Assembly (NCBI GenBank): GCA_977030845.1
Contig: OZ365113.1
Location: 20,212,001 to 20,276,000, forward strand
Direction of reading: 5' to 3'
DNA: 64,000 nucleotides
DNA from: Fimbriosthenelais zetlandica
Lineage: Eukaryota
The notes under the pieces are model-generated. The model worked only from the letters and a program-made list of their open reading frames with translations. It ran no database searches and was not told the origin of the DNA. Below are positions 14,681 to 27,200 of this stretch, piece after piece; within the stretch, counting starts at the first letter, position 1; each line of letters starts with the position of its first letter. Both the position numbers and the translations under genes were made by a program.

Positions 14681-16911
14681 ATGGCGGTGGCCTGGACTCT
14701 GCGTACGTTTGTTCACAGGGTAAAATGTTTAGCTGTCAGGACTGCAGGAATTAATACAAGAAGCATGAACACTGATGTGCCAGAAATTGACCAGTCTATC
14801 AGGTAGGTGCCTTGTCAAAATTGAGTACTGTACCATTTGTATAAAGACACTAAGGATCTATATCTCATTCGCCTATTCAGGTTATTGATATTGGCCTACT
14901 AATCTAATACTACCCGTATCATAACTATTGTCATATTGTCTAACTAGCCTAGGCATCGAATCATTATAAATATTTGAAAAAAGAGATTTTTTTTTTTACT
15001 GAAAACTGACATCCTGTCAAGACCCTTCTGTTTATTATGGTACTTGTCTTTAACAATATATTTCACTTTTTGTCATTTTGATACCGGTATACCGGTATTA
15101 AATTTAAAAAACAATTATGTTCGCAGCAAGGGCCAGATAACATCACACAAAAGTAATGTTGGCGGCCAAACCATTCATTACCTCAAAACCGGGCATGGCA
15201 ACCGCTTGGTTTTCCTGATGCCTGGAATGCTTGGTAAGTATTAAAATATTACTTTCTAATTACATTGATATCATAATTTCATTCTTTTTCAATAAATTTG
15301 TGCATAGGCCTATATATCTAAATCTAAATTTTGTTGTTGAAAAGTTAATTTCTCAAATTAAATCTTTTCCATTTCATCTCGACTGTACTCTGCTTTTGCA
15401 GGATCAGCAAAGACTGACTTCATGCACCAGCTGGATGGATTGAATAAAGACATCTTCACCCTCATCGCCTGGGATCCTCCTGGCTATGGGCAGAGCCGAC
15501 CACCCGACCGAACCTGGCCGAAAAACTGGTTTACCAGGGACGCAGATGTGGCCTCCTCATTCCTCCAGGTAGGTTGCTCACTGCTCTGCAATTGTATAGT
15601 CATTAGTGCATTGGAACCCAGTCTCCTGCCTATAATTATAGATCCATGATAGAGCTTTATTAAACCCATATTTCACGGTAAACCCCTTGCTCATTAATGC
15701 TTCTGTATCCTTGTAAGTTTTCCCATTTCTTCCATTCAGGTCCTACCAAGAGAAGACAGGGTAATGAATTTTCACTCTTTCGTATTAGTAATATCAGTCC
15801 ATAGGATTAACACCATCTCAAGAGACCACCAGGGTGGTATCACACTAATTTAATACTTCTTGGTTATTTCTATCTATGTAACATATAGTTGACGTTAAAA
15901 TTAACAGAGGTACATTAGTATGTATGAGTGTAACCAAATAACAGATTATTCCTTATCTTTTCCTTCTCACATTGCTAACAGTTAGATCTTGGGTTTCACT
16001 AATCTTCCAGGCCTTTTCTGGACGTAAGTTTTCCGTGCTGGGTTGGAGTGACGGGGGTATCACCGCCTGTGTCCTGGCTGCTCGCCACCCTGACCAAGTG
16101 GAGCGACTCATTATCTGGGGAGCTGCAGCCTACTGCTCCGATGTAGATGCCAAAATTAACGAAGGTGCAAAGTCCATTTAATTCATTCATCCAAACTCAA
16201 CTGTAACTAGTTTCAGTCAGTTAGTTGATTTCCATCCATCAGTCATCAGTTTTCTTCCATTGTCACTTACATAGGTATTCGGGATGTCAAAAAATGGAGC
16301 GAACGAATGAGAAACTCATACCTGGAAATGTATGACATGGATTATTTGTCTAACCATTGCTCACAGTGGGTCGATGCCTATAATGGTTATATGGATCATA
16401 GCGATGGTAAATCTTTATATCAGTTTATCTCACTTGTCATGATTCAATTATATTGCCTACCTTTACCTATCTATGCCCAATACTTACTGTGTGTTTGGGG
16501 TTATTTTTAAGGTGAATTGTGTGTAAAAGATCTGCCTAACATCAAGTGCCCGACCCTAATCATGCACGGACAGAAGGATGCTTTAGTTGGCCAGTTCCAT
16601 CCGGATTACCTGCACGCAAACATCACTGATTCAAAGTAAGTTATTTTTGGAGAAAAAATCCCAAAACAAAGGGAAGGAAAAAGAGATGGAAAGAGAAAGT
16701 AAAATAGAGTACATTACCATGCTTATTATACAGGTATTTACTGAAATATTTGAATATGCTTGTAATTTTTTCACACTTTATATTTTGATCTCCCAGACTT
16801 ATCAACTATCCCGATGGGAAGCACAACATGCATATGAAATATCATAAGCAGTTTAACAGCCAGGTGGAGCAATTTATCATCAGTCCTCATAATGTCAAAT
16901 CTAACATATAA
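14681..16911 (+). CDS. BPHL: Valacyclovir hydrolase / biphenyl hydrolase-like alpha/beta hydrolase, 306 aa; exons 14681-14802, 15127-15233, 15402-15568, 16011-16164, 16275-16406, 16512-16635, 16797-16911
   Basis: Spliced translation has LMPGMLG, AWDPPGYGQSRPPDR, nucleophile GWSDG, acid HGQKD and base GKHN. Arg-rich N-terminus resembles a mitochondrial presequence. All six introns are GT-AG and phases close to an open 921-nt CDS. Confidence 0.93.
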
Positions 16912-16934
16912 CCTGGCAGCCATCCATTCCTTAT

Positions 16935-16958
16935 AGCTTTCTCGCTAGCGAGAAAGCT
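16935..16958. repeat. Perfect 24-bp palindrome in the BPHL 3' UTR
   Basis: AGCTTTCTCGCTAGCGAGAAAGCT equals its own reverse complement. Confidence 0.95.
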
Positions 16959-16977
16959 GCCCGGCTTGCCTGGTGAT

Positions 16978-16983
16978 AATAAA
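16978..16983 (+). terminator. Probable BPHL polyadenylation signal
   Basis: First AATAAA after the stop codon at 16911. Confidence 0.45.
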
Positions 16984-18083
16984 ATATGAACCTGCGGAGT
17001 TAAAGCCTATCTATTATATTATAGAAACTTGTGCAGATATCATAAGATATGTACATATTAAATTTCAGTATTGTGGATATGATTCATTTTGCTGCTAGGT
17101 CATAGTAACCTAGCTGCAAATGCTAGAATCAAGGTGCCTTTATTATTATAAAATATCCTACATAGAGGTAGATATTACCTGTTAGCGATAGGAGGGAGGC
17201 ATTATGTGTTTGAAAGTCAAATTTATGTAAGAAATGTTTAGGAAATGCCTCATGGATAAAGAAATAATCTGATGATTTGAATGTGGATTATGAGATTAGT
17301 ATCCGACTTATGCCTTAATCTGTCCATCTTTCGGAGTTCCTGTGCCTATCTCTTGTGGGCCAATCATTTAAATCTTTCGCTGGACACTAGTGGGCCATAT
17401 CTCTTCCAAGTGTAATGACATGACTGCTAAGATTGAAAGGCTTAACTTTAGAGAATATTCTCATGTTGAATGACAATAGAGCTTACTCTGAGATTCAGAG
17501 TAGGTTTGATTGAATCATGGTTTTATATATGTTGTTGAGATTTTTGTTACTGATTTTTATTTAATTAAAATCATAAATATGTTTTAAATTGTATGATGAA
17601 CTTTGTTGTCCTTGATGCGCTACATGCCATACTATGGCGATCCAGCCATTAACTTGAGTGCGACTTAAAACGTTGTCATAACATCACCTTGGACGTTGTT
17701 TTACGTCACTGAATTTCTGAAGATGGTAACGACAGCATTGTGAGGAGCAAAATTTCACTAAATCTCACTAGGGGGTTTGAGGAAAAGAAAATACTCGTAT
17801 GCTGTTTGTCCCTTGGCTTTAATCGCTGACGTTAGTTGTCCATATCATGAAGGCGGGTGTAGGCCTAGTATGAAATAGTATCACCCGCCCTGGTGATATA
17901 ACATTTTGCCCTAATTTCCTGCTCTCTGGTGGGTAAACCTCGGGCTAAAACCTTTGGGTCCTCCTCCCACTCAGTCACTCGGGGCACACCTTGTCTGTCT
18001 GTTCTCGTATGTACCAAATTCCCGTGTTTGGTTTTGTCGTTATACCCCAGGTGTCAGTGTGGTTCTCGGCTTTCTCCGAATAC

Positions 18084-18117
18084 TCCTATACCTGATTTAC
18101 CAGGATCAGGTATAGGA
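18084..18117. repeat. Hairpin with 13-bp perfect stem and 8-nt loop
   Basis: TCCTATACCTGAT-TTACCAGG-ATCAGGTATAGGA. Confidence 0.9.
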
Positions 18118-21100
18118 AATAAATTGTAATTTATTAGGAGAGTAGCACGAAATCCTAATGCTAATAGCTATATGTTTGGAGATACTCTGTTTTTAATATT
18201 TTGCAATGTCTTTAATTATCGTTTTATACTAAACATATTAAATTATCAGAAGCACAAATGGAAGGAAGTGAACAGTCTTTATTTTTATGTCAACATTTTT
18301 GAAAATATAACACATTTTACGAAGAGAGGGAGACCAATTCAGTTAAACCTCCTTTATTGCTCTTGATCATTATTATAGGAAAAACAAATTTAATTGTAGT
18401 GGGTTTAATGGTTAACAATGAACACGTAGATGATTCTATTGTATAAGTTCTCCCAGAGTGCAGGTTCACAGAATCATTTCTTATTATACACTCCCATATA
18501 TACGCCCATTTACAATTGCATGCCAGGACTGAAATGTTACCTTGCGTTTCTCATCCCGGTTCCTAACAAATGGCAGACTAATCATGAACAAAGCTGCCAC
18601 TAGCACTGAGGTGCTCCACCGCCGTGTAACGCAATGCACATCAGAGGCATGGGATTCACATGTGATTCTAGCTTAAAACATGAATACAACTTAGACCTCC
18701 CAACAGGAATCCCACCATATAACCATATAACATTCATTTGGATGAACACGCTTTATACAAACAGTCATCAAATCCATTTTGATGAGTATCTGATGAAAAC
18801 ATTTTTTATTACCGATAAAACTTTATAACATTGAGGGTGTAGGGGGATGGAGCCAGTTATTTCCGCTTAGTGAATATAGATCCTATATACTCTGATGAAA
18901 CATTACTTTCTCTTACACATATAATGATATATGTTTCGTTGTGAGGTTGTGTTCCTTATTACACGCACTTTTTGCCTTATATAGCTCACTATTTATTACG
19001 GTCAAACCCTAGCACCTCTTGTACAAAATGCATACATACCTCTGTATAATATTTTAACATCATTATATCTACCTCATATAATTTTCGATTATCAGATATC
19101 AGACTCTTGAAGCCACATTTTTCACTTTTGTTCTTCTACTGGCTTCAAGTATTTAGGTGCAAAGTCAGGAATGTCAGGGTGTGCCATATTAGTCAAATTA
19201 TCACATACATAACAGATGTGCTGAAACAGGCATCGTGAATCATTACCATACAATATCCAGCAATGGAAGAACATGAACGTAATAGTTTCAGCCATTGGAC
19301 TATATTGAACTATATAGCATGAGAAAATAAATTACTGTTAGTTAACGTAATTCATAAATACATACTATAGGGCCTAAAATATGGATTATCTTGAAAGCTT
19401 GATGATATGATGAAATGACTTGCTTTTAAGCATGTGCAAATTTGAAGGGAATATTCGCACGATGTTCGATGGATCCGTTTATATAGATACAAACATAATT
19501 ATATGGGCTGAAGAAAGACAGTAATTGAAATTTGCATACTTGTAAGGTGTTTGAGCAGCCTCAGATATCTTATCTTGGCATTTGGTTCATTTGATGACTC
19601 ATTCAAACCTTGCATTTTTATAGTTATAACATGAGTGACCTTTGATATTTGGCTGCTGGCATGTACGTCCTCTCTCATTGTCTTCCTATGTTTTCATTAT
19701 GTAGTGAGGCAGGACGGAACAGCAATGTAATTTAACAGACAAGTCATTTACCTCTATTTGAAACACAGCGATTAAATACAATAGTATGTAATGTAGACCT
19801 TTGTAATTCACAGTTATATCTACTTTGACAAAGTTTAGAATTGTCTCAAGCTTCACTTTCTCATGCGCCTTTCTCTCTGACCATTCCGCTTAACTGTGCA
19901 TTGTATTGTGTGGTTTTTACAGTCGCATCCCTTCCCAACCTGGCGATGTATATATAGTTGTCATATAATTTATGACAATCATCTCTTTGAAGCATTGGCA
20001 ATACAGAACTAAACATAATGCCTAGCACTGAATATTCAGCCTTTTTTGTGCCAATGTGCTGTATTTCTCTGCTCAGACATCATGTGCAGGAATGTTCAGG
20101 AGGCTTTGAAATTGAGCAAAGTTGAGAAACCACATACCAAATGACCACTTTAATTTGATATACTAGTGAAGAATTCTGGATTAGAACATCCTGAGGATGC
20201 ATGGGCATATCCAGAATACGTCCCACCGATATGAATACATTTCCCTATAGGCAATTTGTATGATTATGTGATCAACAAAAGGCCCCACTACCCATGGGAA
20301 CGGATTTAAACACAATCATGACTTGCATACTTATAAGTAAACTTATAAGTAATAGTTGTCCCCACCTTTAAATATGAATTCAAAACTGATACATATGTAA
20401 TAGATCTGCATTTTTATCATTATTGTAACTATTGTCGCGATGAAGGTGCATCCTACATACTCTTTCACAATTCCGCATGTTTGACCAAAAGTTTCCAATT
20501 CCTTCTAGTTAATTGAAAATAGAACCACAAACAGTACAACTCTCATGATTTGCATTGCAAACATGTATATATATGCAGCAGAGATGGGTGACTAATCTCA
20601 AAAGACGCATCTCAGAGGCGCTGAGAAAAACTTTATGCAAGCTAGTGGCTATCTGTAAGAAAATAATCCTCCACAGTCTGATGCGATAACAGTTAGCTAA
20701 GTGTTGTTTTCATCGGAAAATATGTTCACTGATATTAACTACAAAAATAAATTCTCTCATGACTTCCTCTCATAATATTCAAACACAGAATGCCTCCCTT
20801 CCTGTGACGTTTTATTTTCGAGTGCCGATTTCAGTAATAGCGAGAGGGATTTAAAAAGAAATTAAGAGAAAGGAAAGAGTATATTTCAGGAATATTACAG
20901 GCAGTAGAAAAGTAAATTAGCAGTTATAACAGTTTCTAACTTAATGGTTGAGAATCGGCGAAAATGAAGAGTATATCTTCAAGTTAACAATGTTTGTGTA
21001 TGGATACATTACTCATTTTCATACACATTTATAACAAGTTATATGTTTTAACAAGTATATAGGAAGCGATATGTGTATGAAGTATATACACACATGATAT

Positions 21101-21286
21101 TTATCACATCATATTTCATGATACAATGGCATCGCACAAAAATCTATACATGTGAATTATGTTCTTGCGTGGAAAAGACCTACTTGCTTTTTCATCATCA
21201 TTAATATCATCTGTGTTATATATATATATAAATGTCCTTAGGATAAACGAGGGTATAGCAGAGGGCTATACCCCGGACTCTGTGTA

Positions 21287-24200
21287 TCAAATCTTACTAT
21301 GATGCATCCAGTCACCTCCAACTGCCCCCCTGGAGGACGAGGCGACTGTAGCTGATGTGGCTGATGCAGCTGATGAAGCATGTCGTATGTGTGGGTTTGG
21401 TGAAGCGGGGAGTGAGTCCGACCCCATGGCTAGATATTGTCTCTGGAGGAGTGACACATTAGAATCAGGAGTCCGACACCGAGAATCACTCCGGTGGCTT
21501 CCGTAATGCCCACTGCGACCACTGCCACCACCATGGCTTCCACGGTGGCTTCCCCGATTAGACAAACTCTCTATACTCGTACATGGATCCAACATCTTCT
21601 CTTCCTCAGAGACTGCCCTCCTCGAGTATTTTGGATCTGTTACTAGGGTGTAATCACTTCCTTCTGATGACATCCTTGTCGCACCCATGGAGTTCTTGCC
21701 CGCCACGCGCCTTCGCTTATTGGCGCTGAGCTTCTTGCAGCAAGTGTTACGCCAGGCCAGCGTAGCATCTCGGCGTAGGAGGACGTATATAATGAGAATG
21801 AGCAGGCCACACAGTGTGAGCGAAGCAAAATAGGCGTACTCAAATATATATGGCTCAACGGTTGATATATTTTGGTCACGTTCAGCCAGGTAGCCTATAA
21901 TCCAAGATATGCCAATAAAGGCCAGTAGAACGCATGTACCTCGGGCCTGCAAAAAAAGGTATAATGCCTTATTCAATGCTTTCTGTATTCAATATAGTGC
22001 AGAAACATTCTTTTTGGTCTTCTATGACATCAGCTTCTGTATAAGATGAAATGGTATAAAGAACGTATAAAACAATTTTATAATACTGCGCCATTAGCCC
22101 TTATTTACAAAGCGTATTTTATATATCTGCGTATATTGAAGCAACAAAAATGCCCCATACTCCGCCTGTAATGTTGTTAACGGTTCATGTCACGGTAGAT
22201 TATGTGTTACTTCCCGACTACTTTAGCTAGATGATAAATTGACTTTGTCAGTTGGAACATTAATGGAGGATATCCTACACCCCCACTTAGGCTTATAATA
22301 AAAGGTCCCTGTGTCGATTTCTGATCGAAAGCGGGAAATGTTAAATAAAAGGTTCACATGCAATGCCTTCAGGAATGGAATTGGAAATGCAGAGCTGGGT
22401 GATCTTTTGATGTTGGATACATGTTAGAGGGGTGGAAAACTAGACATTGATTTGTGCACGTGGTGAAAGCCGTGATGACAAAATGGCAAAGTTTTAAGCC
22501 CTCATGTCTTTATATGGCGGGGTGAACATTATGTCTAGATATGTCTCTGTATGGATCAATTAATGGCAGTCCTATTATATTGCTCCGGTCTAGTTGCAAT
22601 ACACATACAGTGTATGTTTGTAGGCTTGATCGTAATGCTTATCTTTGAGCAATATGGAGCTTAAAGAAATGAAACAAGTAATTTTGTTCAGAAAGGAGGT
22701 AAGGACCTAGAAAAAAACCGACAATTCCAAAGACTTGGCGATAAGAGCATGTCAGGCTACTTCAATATGATTTGCTGTATAAAAACGTAACAGGGGAAAA
22801 GCCTGTCACTTCATGCTCATGAAGGTTGTCCTTGTGATCAGAGCAAGCCCAATGGACAATAATAAAATGAGAGCGCAGAGAGATTATCTCTTGGTTAATT
22901 TTTTATTCATGAAGTGATTGGAAGGCGCAGTTGAAATTGGGCAGTTTTCTTTCAATTATCAAATGTCAAGTAATTTTGTGCAGCTCACTTTTCCGTCAGA
23001 AGACCTTATGACCAGGGATTTCCAAAAACATCTTTTGGTCAGATTGTATAACATGAAAGAGGTTCTGACGAGAATAAATATTCATAGGCACAGAGAGTGT
23101 GCGCAACTTTTCCACTTGTGGATATGTATAATATGTTGGAACGCCATTCTTTAATCTAATAAGGGGCCACACACTGATTTTGAGAGCGAATTGCATCATG
23201 TTTCCCTGTGACCATGCAGCCCTTTCAGTTCCTTCATATTTACAATTTCAATTTGCAAATAAAGGCAGGGCATGTTTATAAAAACAAGCATGTGAGGTAA
23301 ATATTTCCCTCAACGTAGCATTAGCTAATGGCACTTTTTTTTTTAATGAAACAGACCCGGGCAGGGTCTCTCTGTTCACTGTTCCATGTACATACTCCTC
23401 CATCTCCCCTCACTTTAATCTTCGGGCCAACTGTATTCTAGAATAGCTGAAGGCTGCATACTAATACCCTTAACTTGGGTCTGGTGCCTTTCTGTATTCA
23501 TTCACTAACTCCTCTCTTAACAGCACCCTCCTGTACCGAAATGCTATACTTTGGGCTAATGTTCACATCAAGGCTCTTCTCTGCATTTCATCTTCTATTC
23601 TCTTTTATCCAAACTTCCAACGAAATCAGGCGCCTAGTTAGACGATTAGATCAAGCCTCGGGTTGCAGAGGGGGGTCTATAAGCCCCCTTGGTTGGAGAC
23701 ATGCCAGGTATGTTGGGTAAAGCCCCCACCCCCGGGCAGAAGCCGCCCTCCACCCTGTCTACATACGACTGTAAAATGTATGTCTTCTGTCAACTTGAGG
23801 TAGTGCATAAAACTGGGTCATAATATAATCCTGGGAACTGGCCAACAACCAATTGTTGGTTTGATCTTTATTACTTGCCACCAAAAATGTACCCTTGCCA
23901 TTTTTGGGTTGTATCATAGTATGTAATTTGTAAGGAATTAAACTGCTGAATGCACAACAGTTTGAGAAGAAACAGATCTGGGAAGAAGATCAATTCATGC
24001 TTGCAAAATCCCGAGGTTTTCTGCAGCATAACAGTTCGCTTTAAATAATTCATACAATGCAAGTTGATGTTTTAATTGGATTATCAAGTACCTGGGCCAT
24101 TCCTGCGTCCAGAATTTTCTGATTCCGTAGAACTAAAGCCTTGTACTTCAGATGATCTTTTCTTCTATACAAATTTATAATATGAAGAACCTTTATTCTT

Positions 24201-27200
24201 CATTCCAAGAAAGGAATCAATAACTTTGAAAAATAACCCAGGCACATCCAAAACTTGTCATTTTGTCTCGAGCATCGAAATCAGAGATTTCGATTGGAAT
24301 CCTTTGTTCAAGCAATCCATCAAAATATGTTAGAGTCTGAAGCCTGGTGTGTCAAGGCCAGTCCCACTAGTCTCAGGAGGTGTCCTGTGATTTCTCTATC
24401 ACAATTGACGTGTTCATTCAAAGAGACCATTTTCTCCGGCTCCTTGATTTTGTCTCTTGATCTATATTGTAGATATTACCCACAAAAGGTTTAACGAATC
24501 AATCCCACTTTTCCATTGATAGTCTGTTCAGATTTTAAGGCTCGGAGGCTTAACTTGGCATTTGGAAAAAGACAAAAAAAAAGATATCGGAAGTCTTCAA
24601 TAATAAGTTGCTTCATCTTCATATCAAAATGGAATTTCCCATCAAATTTCAAGACTTTTTTTATAAAGCTGCAATTGACACTGTGAAATGTTAACTTACC
24701 TGTGCAAGACCTAAACTTGATGCTTTTATTTCGTAGTGCGGTTTGATGGAAGCCTTGAGAACTAGGACGAATAAAACGGCGTTCAAGAAACTGAGTAGGC
24801 AGGCTGGTGTGAGGTAGGTACCACAATATAGATACCTGGCATTCGGGCTGATTAAACACCTGAAATAACGACAATCTTGTATTAGTACTCATGATAATAT
24901 TTCACAAATTTATTAATATAACACATATTTATACAAGAGTTTATTTAGTGCTTTGGTATGGAACTCCCTTTCCCATATTGTTCCTGTCCTATAATAATTT
25001 TGACGAGCATTTTCGCTAAATGAGTGCTTGCATTGCTTAAAAAGGCGATCGCCAATGGTCACACAGCAGGAGTTGACTGAAACTCTTTGGCTTGGACCAG
25101 CCAAAGAATTTCCCACTATGGACATCTCACTCTAACATTGTACTCTGAGAGGGTCTCGTGTAAAGATTGTACAATGCAACTATCATGAAAGCACTGTACG
25201 AGCCTCTCACAGAGTATGAGACTCGTTATAACGAGGCCATTGTCTCGTAGTAGTGTACATGTAGGACTGAGCAGTTCGGTTGCCTTTGTTACCGCTACAT
25301 CACCCCTTGACAGCTGCTGGGATTTGTACCACATCCAGAGGGTTCAAATCCACAGAACTACGAAGTATATTGACCGCTGTTGCCCTCCTTATTGCCCTCC
25401 TGGCCAGTGACATTCCACATGATGAATGCATACACATCCTCACCAAATATAGAAAATCATAGATCTTAAAAATATCATGTTAAGACCGAAACCCTGGTTC
25501 TAGAACATTGGCACGGAATCATCTGGACATGCGATAGAATCATTAGGTGAGGGGTTATTTTCTTCAGAGTCCATGTTTTCCACCTATATAAGAGATGGAA
25601 AGTTCAGAGAAGCTTCTGAGAAGGCTTATGCTACAAATACTTTTCGTTCATAACTAATTGGCTGAATCATTTTTCAGTGAGTTGGTTGCATTGATTTATT
25701 TTTTCCCCAAATAACTAGGAATGGATGAGAATGTGAACCAGAATAATTCTCAATGTTCTTAGTGAAGGCATGAGTATGCACCTTCGTGTTATTTACAAAT
25801 ATTGATCAGCCCCATACAACATTCCAGCATTCCATCCACCCACTTTGACCATCCATCCATATTGGCCCGAAATTCTATCCATGCTCTTATTTGGACGACC
25901 ATTCAGATATCTGTCTTCCCGTTCAATTGGACAGCCATCCGTCTTGCCATATCTATCTCAGCTTAGTTTTTATTCTCTTTTCACCCAACACGATCGAATC
26001 TATCCTTTATCCCTGACCTGTCCCTCTCGTTTTCCTATAATCTTCAATGCCTCTTTGTTTCCTATTGTCCTTCTCTTCAGATATACGTCTACATGTGTAG
26101 TTATTCGGCAACACATGTGATATGCCTCTTATATCAAAAGTCTCTCTTGCTGTGTTGTTTTTGTAATTGAAGTATTAAATATAGAAGGGATCCGATTGTT
26201 CATATCTTTGTCTTTGACGGTGTACAATTCTTACCTTCTTTTTCTTGCATATTTCCACTTTTTCTTCAATTATTCTTCAATTATTAACTGGAGAAGTTTC
26301 TCAAAATTGTTTCATTTATACGGAAAAGCTCCTTATATCTACATGATTTTAAAAAATCTTGCCTTATTGATCTTGTTTCACAAGCAGGGTTTCTATGGAA
26401 CCTATAGGTTACCCCTGAGGGACGATAATTTGATAAATCTTCCACCTAGGAGAATACATATGCTTATGTGCTCACCTGCATGTCCCCTTTGGCCAATTCT
26501 CCAAAAGAAAGTGGTACCAGAAGAGGAGGGCTTTAGAAATCGTGAACGCTGGGCCAGCATGACCTTTCAAGCAGATTAAAAATGTAAGAAGCTACAGAGG
26601 TGAGATGAAGGATCCCTGAGAAGGGCATCCCACTTTTCCTCCCACATACTCCCTCCTTCCCTGCTCCCAACTACCTCTACCATTAAACGCAGACTATGAA
26701 GCAATACGGAACAATTATGCATCCTGGCTAGCCCCATCGACGGTTTTCTACAAGGGCTAGATTGAAATCGGAACCAAAATCTTCTCCATTCCATTTTCAT
26801 TGAATTCGGACTGTGCCAGATTGAAATTCCAATGTGAACTTCAGCAGTTGGCACAGATCAATATTGCCGGAATTCCATGGAACCACTCTTATATTGCCAA
26901 AGAAGGATATCTTTTTTTGATCCAAGTTATCACCACTTTTGTGCAGATTAGGATTTCTATTTCCAAATTTGAGATCCTCCCAATTTCCACAACAGGTGAT
27001 TTGTTTGATGTACAGAACCGAAAGGAAGGTATCAGCAATCACCTAGGTTATATTGACAATTTCGTATAGAAAATCCCTCAGTGGGTTCCTGAAGAATATC
27101 ATATCATATCAGCAATGTTACTATGTCCCATACATATAATTAGGCTGACACCTACACTCCACAGAGTTTTATTTGCCAACATTCCTGTATTTTCCATCTT

